DNA of 64,000 nt from Candidatus Bathyarchaeota archaeon (GTDB lineage Archaea > Thermoproteota > Bathyarchaeia > Bathyarchaeales > Bathycorpusculaceae): NCBI GenBank assembly GCA_963707955.1, contig OY970176.1, positions 1,888,001-1,952,000 of the forward strand. Reading direction: 5' to 3'. Shown here in pieces: positions 50,718 through 58,226 of this stretch. The notes below the pieces were generated by a model. That model did no database searches, was not told the DNA's origin, and saw nothing but the letters and a program-made list of their open reading frames with translations. Positions within the stretch are counted from its first letter, which is position 1. Each line of letters starts with the position of its first letter. Position numbers and translations under genes: made by a program.

Positions 50718-51380
50718 TTATCGGCAGCAAACAATCAGTCTGACTTGGTCACAGGCGTCTTCACATCGATTGGCAACCATTTCAATAGCTTCAAAAAGAT
50801 CATTCAGTAATATGGCGATTCCTACCCGAATCTTCTCCTCTCTGGCGATCAAACGTTTGGAGTTTTCAAATAGGTCGTCGACTTTCTCTTCTAACCGTTC
50901 GACTTCGTCTGCTGCTTTTAAGGCTTCTTCTCGTTTTTCCGGTATGCTATTAACGCATTTTCGCAGTGCTGTGGCACATTCCTTAGCGCCTTCCACCATC
51001 TTGACCAGCGCTTTTTTGAGGTTTTCTGACACATCTTCCATTGGAATGGCACTTAAAACCCGGCTTGATTCCTGGCTACAGTCTGCGACCATGTCGACGG
51101 ACTTCATTAAGTTCATCAGATATTCTCTGTCTGAGGGCGGCAACTCTCCGCACGTCAGTTCAGTCATAACGGCTCTCCTTAATCCATCGGTTTCCTTCTC
51201 AGAGCTTGTGACCCTTCCTATTGCGGCCTTGGCTTCTTTTTCGTTGAGATCAACTGCTGCTTTTACTGCACTTTCAAGGTCTTCAACTGAGCTCAATGTT
51301 ATCGCAAGATGGCGTTGCATCGGAGCTATAGCTTTTGATTCTCTGCGTTTCTCAAACCACTTCAATAGGAGTTCACTCAA
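50718..51380 (-). CDS. DUF47/PhoU-like phosphate transport regulator
   Basis: Duplicated helical repeat: EKETDGLRR..DRE..DMVAD and ERLEEKVDD..E.VANRCEDA.D. Confidence 0.88.
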   Translation of the reverse strand: MSELLLKWFEKRRESKAIAPMQRHLAITLSSVEDLESAVKAAVDLNEKEAKAAIGRVTSSEKETDGLRRAVMTELTCGELPPSDREYLMNLMKSVDMVADCSQESSRVLSAIPMEDVSENLKKALVKMVEGAKECATALRKCVNSIPEKREEALKAADEVERLEEKVDDLFENSKRLIAREEKIRVGIAILLNDLFEAIEMVANRCEDACDQVRLIVCCR

Positions 51381-51495
51381 TAGCTAATTCCTCCCTTAAT
51401 CATCCACATGCATATGCGAATACATAACTTTTTTCGATTGGAAAACTAACCGTAACCTCATTGCCTATGTTGGGCGCGCGATTATCTTGAGTCTT

Positions 51496-51930
51496 TCAGT
51501 TTTCCGTGATGCCTCTGTCTTTCAGCCATGTTTTTATCTTTTCGCTGATTTTATCGCGAACTTCTCGGAATTTGGCTAATTTTTCCTCTTCTGTTCCTTG
51601 AAATGCTGCTGGGTCTTCGAAGGGCCAGTACAATCTAGTGGATGCCCCCGGTATGGTAGGACACGTCTTTTCTGCTTTTTCACATGCTGTTATGACTATC
51701 CCGAAATGTATCTTTCCCAGATACTGTTTCAACTCTTTTGGATGCTGGTCGCTCAGGTTATATCCCAGTTCTCCCATCACCTTAATGGTGTACGGGTGGA
51801 TAGGTCGAGGTTCGAAGCCTGCACTGTAAACCTCGAAACGATTACCCGCATATTTCCTTAGGAACGCTTCAGCCATTTGGCTCCGTGCCGAATTTCCTGT
51901 GCATAGAAAAATGACTTTGGTCTTTTCCAA
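51496..51930 (-). CDS. arsC: LMW-PTP-type arsenate reductase (copy 2)
   Basis: FLCTGNSARSQMAEA, TACEKAEKTCP redox pair, WPFEDPA, FREVRD. Confidence 0.92.
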   Translation of the reverse strand: MEKTKVIFLCTGNSARSQMAEAFLRKYAGNRFEVYSAGFEPRPIHPYTIKVMGELGYNLSDQHPKELKQYLGKIHFGIVITACEKAEKTCPTIPGASTRLYWPFEDPAAFQGTEEEKLAKFREVRDKISEKIKTWLKDRGITEN

Positions 51931-52014
51931 GTCTTAATCACAGCCTCACTTCAGTACTAGAGCGCGCGACAAACAGAATTTTCTTCATAGTTCCAACCTC
52001 AGACAGAAGTATTA

Positions 52015-52245
52015 CTACAGTTTCCTATTTCTAAGAGGGTTGCAGTGGCTCTCTTCAATCATCTGCGTAACATCCATTAACATGTCCTGTGCTTCCGCCA
52101 CCAAATCACCAGCTTTTCGCTTTGTACCTTGGCGGTTCTTTATGTAGTCCTCAATTTCCCTTTGCAGAGAGAGAAGGTCGATACTCGTCTGTTCAGTTTT
52201 GAGTAACCGGTACTTTCTGCTTATTTCCTCATAGCTTGCATCCAT
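52015..52245 (-). CDS. Hypothetical 76-aa helical protein, last gene of the DGC/GcvH operon
   Basis: AGGAGA RBS, 18 nt after gcvH; amphipathic helices ending EESHCNP. Confidence 0.65.
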   Translation of the reverse strand: MDASYEEISRKYRLLKTEQTSIDLLSLQREIEDYIKNRQGTKRKAGDLVAEAQDMLMDVTQMIEESHCNPLRNRKL

Positions 52246-52263
52246 GATGGCTTGATCTCCTCT

Positions 52264-52737
52264 CTACGTCTTGTTTGCAGCGTGCGGACCCTTCAGTTGC
52301 TCATGTTCTTTCTCAACTTTCTTCTTCATGACCTCAAAATACCCTTCGGCGTCTGCGAGGTTCTCTTTGTCTGATTCAAAGTCTGTTAGCTCAATCTTCA
52401 GAAACCAGCCTTTGCCGTACGGATCTGAATTGGCCAGGTCAGGTGAATTTACCAATTCATTGTTGACTTCCACTACTGAACCTGAAACAGGCGATATGAC
52501 GTCGAGAGCAGCCTTTACTGATTCAAAAGATCCTGCTTCACCGAACTGTTCAATTACGGTCCCGATTTGTGGGAGGGAAACGAAGATTATGTCACTCAAA
52601 TGATTTTGCAGGTAGGACGTTATGCCAACTGTGGCGATATTCCCGTCGATTCTGGCCCAGAAATCGTTTTCATTGTAGAAAAACCCTTTCGGGACCGTGA
52701 ACGTCCATTTGTCAACCTTTAGCTCTAACGATTCCAT
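52264..52737 (-). CDS. gcvH: GcvH-like lipoyl-carrier protein
   Basis: W.RIDG..ATVGIT, FESVKA (lipoyl-Lys), SPVSG.V.EVN, NSDPYGKGW. Confidence 0.9.
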   Translation of the reverse strand: MESLELKVDKWTFTVPKGFFYNENDFWARIDGNIATVGITSYLQNHLSDIIFVSLPQIGTVIEQFGEAGSFESVKAALDVISPVSGSVVEVNNELVNSPDLANSDPYGKGWFLKIELTDFESDKENLADAEGYFEVMKKKVEKEHEQLKGPHAANKT

Positions 52738-52742
52738 TCACT

Positions 52743-53138
52743 TCACCTTGAAAGCTGATCGACGAGCGTGGCCACTTCTTCAGCTATCTTGGCTACAAGC
52801 TTTTCTCCTTCGTCTCCAATGTCGGTTCGTGACTGTGGTTTTAGCCCGTACTTAGCGATCATTTGGGGCAGAAACACTTTGGCTCTCATCATGCCTTTGT
52901 TCTTGGAGACGATCTTGGTGGCACACCTTTCCACACAACCGTCAAGTATGATAGACGGATATTTCTGCAATAGGCTCTTGTACTCTCCGACTCCTGCGGT
53001 CAAAGATGGAATACATATTAGGACTGCTTTTTCGGGCCTCAATTCGTCAACTACCTTGTATGCGACTTGTCTAGCTACCGTGCCGAGTGCTTTGCCCATG
53101 CCCGTACAGGCTACTATGGCAACTTTCTTATCGTCCAT
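52743..53138 (-). CDS. DGC-domain putative Zn/Fe-S-binding protein (4 of 4)
   Basis: VACTG..LICIP..LDGCVERCA; start taken at MDDKK. Confidence 0.85.
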   Translation of the reverse strand: MDDKKVAIVACTGMGKALGTVARQVAYKVVDELRPEKAVLICIPSLTAGVGEYKSLLQKYPSIILDGCVERCATKIVSKNKGMMRAKVFLPQMIAKYGLKPQSRTDIGDEGEKLVAKIAEEVATLVDQLSR

Positions 53139-53550
53139 GCTTGTCCCCCTCTGCAAGTATTTGGTCAATCTTTTTCGCGGCCAGCTCTCCCACTATTTCT
53201 GCAAGTTTCATTCCTTTTGGTCCTAGCTTAGCTCTCGATTCAGGCTGAAGGTCTTTGTATTCTTTCAGAACATCTTCAACGTTGATAACGGCTTTGATCT
53301 GCCCCTTCGCTTCATTGACTATCTTTTCGCAGCATTTTTCTCCACAGCCATCGATAACCAAAATTGGGTTCTCTTTGGCAAAGGTCATGTCCTCTTTAAC
53401 GCCACCTATTAGGGCTGGAGTGCAAAGCAAGACAGTCTTGTCTGGCCTCAGTTTTTCTAGAACATGATATCCCGCGTATCGGGACACTGTTGCAAGCGGT
53501 CGGTCCATGCCCGTGCAAACAGCAACGGCAACCTTCTTTTCTATTGACAT
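53128..53550 (-). CDS. DGC-domain protein (3 of 4)
   Basis: AVCTG..LLCTP..IDGCGEKCC. Confidence 0.85.
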   Translation of the reverse strand: MSIEKKVAVAVCTGMDRPLATVSRYAGYHVLEKLRPDKTVLLCTPALIGGVKEDMTFAKENPILVIDGCGEKCCEKIVNEAKGQIKAVINVEDVLKEYKDLQPESRAKLGPKGMKLAEIVGELAAKKIDQILAEGDKHGR

Positions 53551-53551
53551 G

Positions 53552-53956
53552 CTACTCTTCTTCCTCCTCTAGTCTGTCTATCTCCGCAGTAATACGTTTC
53601 ATAGTTTCTCTAACAAGCTTCTCGTCTTGAGGTTCTATTCTGCTTTTTGATTTAGGGTTAAGATGTTTATGTTTTTCTTCAATGTCTGATATGATTATTG
53701 ACGATTTGGGATGCACTTTGCCGTACATTTTGACGCCTTTGGCGGCACACATCTTGCCACAGCCGTCAACGGTTATGCAAGGATTATCCTTAGCGAAGTC
53801 TCTCTCTTCTTGTCCGCCTGCGAGAAAGAGTGGAAGGCAGATTGTTACGACATCGTCGCGTTCCTCTAGTATTCTTCGAGTTGCTACGCGGGATATCATT
53901 CCTTCAGGAAGCCCTTCTCCGCTGCAGGAGATCAGGCCTATTTTGCGTTTGATCAA
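53552..53956 (-). CDS. DGC-domain protein (2 of 4)
   Basis: ISCSG..TICLP..CITVDGCGKMCA. Confidence 0.85.
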   Translation of the reverse strand: MIKRKIGLISCSGEGLPEGMISRVATRRILEERDDVVTICLPLFLAGGQEERDFAKDNPCITVDGCGKMCAAKGVKMYGKVHPKSSIIISDIEEKHKHLNPKSKSRIEPQDEKLVRETMKRITAEIDRLEEEEE

Positions 53957-54357
53957 CTTTTATCCCCTATGATTTTGACAGCTTTTTCGGCTGTTTTTCT
54001 TGCCAGTTTCTCACCGTCAGGTCCGATGTCAAGCACGGTTCCAGGCTTAAGCTTCGGATTCTCCTTGATCACGTCCAGGATCCTGATGCTTCCTTTGAGT
54101 TCTCCGTGATGGTGTTCAACATTTTTCTTGGCACATTGAGCAACGCAGCCATCTAGGGTTATGCAAGGGTTCTTTCTTATTTTCCGCACAGTCTCCTCGT
54201 CTTCGATTGTGAGTAAAGGAAGACAAATAGAATCAGTATCATTCGGCAACAGTTCTTCGGTTACGATGTACGTGGCTCTACGCGTTATGGTTCCCAGTGC
54301 CTTTCCGATTCCGCTACACGGGATGATTATGTACTTACTTTTTTTCTTCTCTGACAT
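53953..54357 (-). CDS. DGC-domain protein (1 of 4)
   Basis: IPCSG..SICLP..CITLDGCVAQCA. Confidence 0.85.
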   Translation of the reverse strand: MSEKKKSKYIIIPCSGIGKALGTITRRATYIVTEELLPNDTDSICLPLLTIEDEETVRKIRKNPCITLDGCVAQCAKKNVEHHHGELKGSIRILDVIKENPKLKPGTVLDIGPDGEKLARKTAEKAVKIIGDKS

Positions 54358-54625
54358 TCTTTATCACCTTCAGGATTTCCTTCTTCTCTGGGAAACTCAG
54401 GGCGTCCGCAGCGCAAACTTTGGAACACGCCCTGCAGAACACGACGCAGTTGTTCGGGTTTTTGACGATGAATTCCTTCTTTTCCTTGTTGTATTCGAAC
54501 ACTCCATGGGGGCAGAATCTGAGGCATTGCGGGTCGCCCTCGCACTGGTTACATTTTAATGTATCGATCTTTGGGCACCAAGGGATTTTGCTTCGTGGAA
54601 CTCCCATGTATGTTTCTTCTGTCAT
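54335..54625 (-). CDS. 2x[4Fe-4S] ferredoxin
   Basis: GVPRSKIPWCP.ID..KCNQC....QCLRFCPHGVF and NCVVFCRACSKVC...ALSFP. Confidence 0.88.
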   Translation of the reverse strand: MTEETYMGVPRSKIPWCPKIDTLKCNQCEGDPQCLRFCPHGVFEYNKEKKEFIVKNPNNCVVFCRACSKVCAADALSFPEKKEILKVIKNVREEKK

Positions 54626-54990
54626 GGCTGGCTGCTGGCCTCCAGCGCTTTCTTCACGGTTTCTAAGGCCTTTTCGGTCGTCATATTCCTGACGTCAAGA
54701 GAAACTAGGTCTTTGTTTATGTCAAGTCCTGCCTTTGCAAAGGCGTCTCGAAACAGTTTCTTCTGCATAACTGGGGCACATCCTCCTATGACATAGAGTC
54801 TGTCTTTTCGGAGAAAGTCTGCAAAGAAACGTTCCCCGTCTTCATCGCAGAGCATGGGATGGATGAATGCGTATTCAACTGGATACTCTGCTCTTATGAC
54901 GTTTATGAAATCCCACATATCCAAATCTTTGAACCCAGGGCACTTGCCCGTGCAGACACAGAATATGAAGCTTACTTTTCTTTTTTCCAC
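54622..54990 (-). CDS. Stand-alone protein resembling the HdrA N-terminal Fe-S domain
   Basis: FIFCVCTGKC..MLC..G..VIGGCAP.MQKKLF..AG...LDVR parallels VFICHCG..YTC..VVASCTP.THEPLF..AG..TNIR of the HdrA proteins in this window. Confidence 0.7.
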   Translation of the reverse strand: MEKRKVSFIFCVCTGKCPGFKDLDMWDFINVIRAEYPVEYAFIHPMLCDEDGERFFADFLRKDRLYVIGGCAPVMQKKLFRDAFAKAGLDINKDLVSLDVRNMTTEKALETVKKALEASSQP

Positions 54991-55053
54991 GAACTATTCC
55001 TCTTCTGGCATATCTCGATTGACTTTTTTGACCACGCGGATACAGAAGAGTTC

Positions 55054-55077
55054 ATAGCAATATTTAAATATTGTTAT
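55054..55077. promoter_or_regulatory. Palindromic operator overlapping a symmetric TATA box between arsR and the divergent operon
   Basis: ATAGCAATATTTAAATATTGTTAT; the core CAATATTTAAATATTG (55058-55073) is a perfect palindrome. Confidence 0.7.
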
Positions 55078-55093
55078 TACTCTTATCGTAAGC

Positions 55094-55420
55094 ATGCATT
55101 CCAAAGCAGAGAAACTCGTCAAGTTCAAGGCAAAGATTTTCAACGCCCTATCGGACCCGACGAGACTTGAAATCCTCGAATTCCTACGCATCAATGAGAA
55201 ATGCGTGTGCGAAATAATTCCGCACGTTGGATTAATCCAGCCCGTGGTATCCCGCCATTTGAGAATTCTCAAAGACTGTGGACTGGTGAGGGACAGAAAA
55301 GACGGCAACAAAAGACTCTATTCAATTACAGATCGCAGAATATTCGAGATAATTGATGCGGCGACCCTTGAACTGATGGATGATATTTCAAAACGTATCG
55401 TTGAAGAATTGGTTTATTAG
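55094..55420 (+). CDS. arsR: ArsR/SmtB-family repressor with CVC metalloid-binding site
   Basis: FNALSDPTRLEIL, EKCVCEI, QPVVSRHLRILKDCGLV..RKDG...YS. Confidence 0.93.
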   Translation: MHSKAEKLVKFKAKIFNALSDPTRLEILEFLRINEKCVCEIIPHVGLIQPVVSRHLRILKDCGLVRDRKDGNKRLYSITDRRIFEIIDAATLELMDDISKRIVEELVY

Positions 55421-55425
55421 CTTAG

Positions 55426-57840
55426 GTGAGCGTTTTGGTCGGTCCAGACAAAGAACAGGAATTGTTAGGAACAAACTTAGAAAATGGACTAGAAACTCTT
55501 GAAGCCCAGAGAAGGCTTGAAGAGTATGGATACAATGAGATCTCCGAGAAGAAAGAGAGTTTTTTCGTAAGGCTTGGAAAACGTTTCTGGGGCATCGTGC
55601 CTTGGATGCTGGAAGCCACAGCAGTCATTACGTTTCTACTGGGTAAGTATCCGCAGACGCTCGTCATCGTGTTCCTTCTTTTCTTCAACGCTGCAATGTC
55701 ACTGTGGCGAGAGAAAAGAGCGAAAGTGGCAATGACCGCGTTGAAGCAGAGGCTGCGGATCCAGGGAAGAGTTAAGAGGGACGGAAAATGGTCAATCATC
55801 CCGGCTAGGGAACTTGTTCCGGGTGACCTTGTAAGAGTCAGGGCAGGCGACTTGTTGCCAGCGGACGTGAGAATCATTGACGGTTCTTTCGGCGTTGATC
55901 AGTCAGCCCTCACCGGCGAATCCATAATCGTGGAAAGGTCCACTGGAGAAATAGCTTATTCAGGATCAGCGGTCAAACGCGGTGAAGCTACGGGCACAGT
56001 CGATGCCACGGGAACAAAGACTTACTTTGGGAAAACGGTTTCACTGCTGGAGCTTGCAAAACCTAAACTGCACATGGAGGAGGTAACAGTCAAAGTTGCG
56101 CACCGACTTCTCACAATAGTGCTTGTATCTCTTCTAGCCGTCTTCGTGTACGCTCTTCTGACAGGTTTCCCACTTGATGTGCTGCTGCCGCTTGCAGGCG
56201 TACTCCTTGTGGCTTCTGTGCCCGTTGCAATGCCGACCATGTTCACTGTAAATATGGCACTTGGATCGTCAGCGCTTGCGAAGCAAGGAGTCCTTGTTAC
56301 AAGACTCAGTGCAAGCGAGGACGCAGCTACTATGGACGTGTTATGCGCAGACAAGACAGGCACAATCACTATGAATAAACTCTTCATAGAAGAGGAAATA
56401 CCGACTGATGGATTCAGCAAAAGCGACGTTTTGCTCTACGGGGCGCTCGCGTCGAAAGAAGCTAATCAAGACCCCATAGACACAGCATTTTTAGTGGCCG
56501 CAGCTGAGGAACACATCTCATTAGACAGTTACTCACAGATGGAGTTCCTGCCGTTTGATCCTAAAACTAGAATGACAGAAGCTACGATTCAGAAATCGGG
56601 TGAAACATTCTTTGTGGGAAAAGGATCATTCGACGCCATATGCGTTTCCTGCAATTTGTCAGATAAGGAGACAAAAGATCTGTTCAGACATGCTGAGGCA
56701 CTCTCGGCTAAGGGATTTAGAGTGATTGCTGTTGCTAGGGGGAGTCATAGAAGCAGGCTTCAGTTAGTGGGTCTCACAGGGGTAGCCGACAGGATAAGGG
56801 AAGACTCGCGAGGTGCATTAAACCGAATCCGCGATTTGGGCATATCTGTAAAGATGCTTACGGGTGATGCGCTCCCGATTGCAAGAAACATCGCCCAGCA
56901 AGTAGGACTAGGCGACAAAATAACCCGAATGTCAAAGATTGAAAAGATCCAGAATCAAAGAGAGACTCTTGACTCCACGGTTGAAGACAGTGATGGCATT
57001 GCTGAGATTTACCCTGAAGACAAGTTCACTATAGTGAAGGCTCTCCAGGACCGCGGGCATGTGGTCGGAATGACCGGAGACGGCATAAATGACGCTCCCG
57101 CATTGGGGCAGGCAGAAGTGGGAATAGCAGTAAGGAACGCAATGGACATTGCCAAAGATTCGGCAAGTGCCGTGCTCACTGCTGAGGGTCTTGGAGGCAT
57201 AATAGCTATGATCAAGACGTCGAGGACAATTTACCAGCGAATCTATAGCTGGGCGTTGATGATGGTCGCTCGGAAACTGCATATCGTCGGGTACATTGTT
57301 GTTATGCTGTTTTTAACTCACTCCTTCATGCTGTCAATTACTGGCACGGTGCTGCTGCTTTTCCTAGGCGACTTCGTCTCGATGTCTATATCGACGGATA
57401 ACGTGCAGTCTTCTTCGAAGCCTGATTCGTTCAAAGTTTCGCGGCTGTTTGGAGTCAGCGGATCATTAGGAATATTAATGGTAATTGAAAGTGCAGTTCT
57501 CACCGTGGCTGGTTTGTCATATTTCGGGCTGACCGGCAGCGTGGACAAGATCTACACATTCGGGTTTGCTTATTTGAATCTTGCAGGAGTATTCACTCTC
57601 ATGATCGTACGTGAACGGAATCATTTCTGGAAGTCACGGCCCAGCAATTTTCTAAGCATCACAGTCACGGCGGAAATCCTGTTTGTGATTGCGATTTCGC
57701 TCTTAGGCTTCCTAGAACTTGCTCCACTCGGCTGCATACCCGTACTTACAATCTTGGGCTATACATTAATAGTGACGTTTCTGATCAATGACCCCGTCAA
57801 GGTATATCTGATACGCAAATTCAAAAGCGGTCCACAATGA
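55426..57840 (+). CDS. P-type ATPase, type IIIA (plasma-membrane H+-ATPase)
   Basis: DQSALTGES, VPVAMP, CADKTGTIT, PFDP, MLTGD, PEDK, TGDGINDAPAL, TM6 Asp (LGDF), STDNV. Confidence 0.92.
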   Translation: MSVLVGPDKEQELLGTNLENGLETLEAQRRLEEYGYNEISEKKESFFVRLGKRFWGIVPWMLEATAVITFLLGKYPQTLVIVFLLFFNAAMSLWREKRAKVAMTALKQRLRIQGRVKRDGKWSIIPARELVPGDLVRVRAGDLLPADVRIIDGSFGVDQSALTGESIIVERSTGEIAYSGSAVKRGEATGTVDATGTKTYFGKTVSLLELAKPKLHMEEVTVKVAHRLLTIVLVSLLAVFVYALLTGFPLDVLLPLAGVLLVASVPVAMPTMFTVNMALGSSALAKQGVLVTRLSASEDAATMDVLCADKTGTITMNKLFIEEEIPTDGFSKSDVLLYGALASKEANQDPIDTAFLVAAAEEHISLDSYSQMEFLPFDPKTRMTEATIQKSGETFFVGKGSFDAICVSCNLSDKETKDLFRHAEALSAKGFRVIAVARGSHRSRLQLVGLTGVADRIREDSRGALNRIRDLGISVKMLTGDALPIARNIAQQVGLGDKITRMSKIEKIQNQRETLDSTVEDSDGIAEIYPEDKFTIVKALQDRGHVVGMTGDGINDAPALGQAEVGIAVRNAMDIAKDSASAVLTAEGLGGIIAMIKTSRTIYQRIYSWALMMVARKLHIVGYIVVMLFLTHSFMLSITGTVLLLFLGDFVSMSISTDNVQSSSKPDSFKVSRLFGVSGSLGILMVIESAVLTVAGLSYFGLTGSVDKIYTFGFAYLNLAGVFTLMIVRERNHFWKSRPSNFLSITVTAEILFVIAISLLGFLELAPLGCIPVLTILGYTLIVTFLINDPVKVYLIRKFKSGPQ

Positions 57841-57841
57841 T

Positions 57842-57886
57842 GCTCAATTTCAAAAAAGCGCGCGTGCTTTCAAATTGAGCGCGCTC
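57842..57886. terminator. Hairpin directly after the ATPase stop, containing GCGCGC motifs
   Basis: GCTCAATTT..AAAGC-GCGCGT-GCTTT..AAATTGAGC, overlapping a second palindrome GAGCGCGCTC. Confidence 0.4.
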
Positions 57887-58045
57887 TCTCCATACGGACA
57901 AAGTGTGAAAGCTTAAAAGCGTGTGCGATGCGGAATCTATTCTACAGTGAAAATCCTTTTTTAAGTATTCTGTGGCTACGTCCTCAAGCAAGAGAGATAA
58001 ACGTGGCAGTAGGAGTGGCTTTTGATGAGGCATAAACGTAGTGAG

Positions 58046-58192
58046 TTGGCAGAGCAGAGACGATTCAAAACAAGCGATGAATTTACCGTCAGAGTTGCCA
58101 GCAAACCGGAGGAGATCAAGCAACTACTTGAAGTGGGCTTTGACTTCGTCTGCGAAAAAGATGAGCTTCTCTACTTTAGAAAACGTAAATAG
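58046..58192 (+). mobile_element. Probable C-terminal remnant of a tyrosine recombinase/integrase
   Basis: LAEQRRFKTSDEFTVRVASKPEEIKQLLEVGFDFVCEKDELLYFRKRK*. Recognised from memory as the tail of Bathyarchaeia integrases; no catalytic domain visible upstream. Confidence 0.6.
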
Positions 58193-58226
58193 GCGCTAAA
58201 CACTTAACCAAAACAGGGAAAAACGA

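Larger units (their letters stand above)
41126..51968. repeat. Dispersed GCGCGCG(C)(TA) motif at gene junctions
   Basis: GCGCGCGC at 41126, 43101, 44028, 48556, 49862, 50117, 50666; shorter copies at 47769, 48369, 48601, 51474, 51962. Outlying copies at 1649, 13366, 14029, 16605, 36302, 57858. Confidence 0.8.

Noticed and set aside
41126-51968. GC motifs as a CRISPR array or classical attC array
   Set aside because: Only 7-10 bp are shared, spacing is irregular and gene-sized, and there are no cas genes or attC boxes.
52264-54990. sHdr/LbpA sulfur-oxidation system
   Set aside because: No sHdr subunits, TusA/DsrE or lipoate-assembly genes are adjacent, and the H protein lacks the cysteines typical of LbpA.
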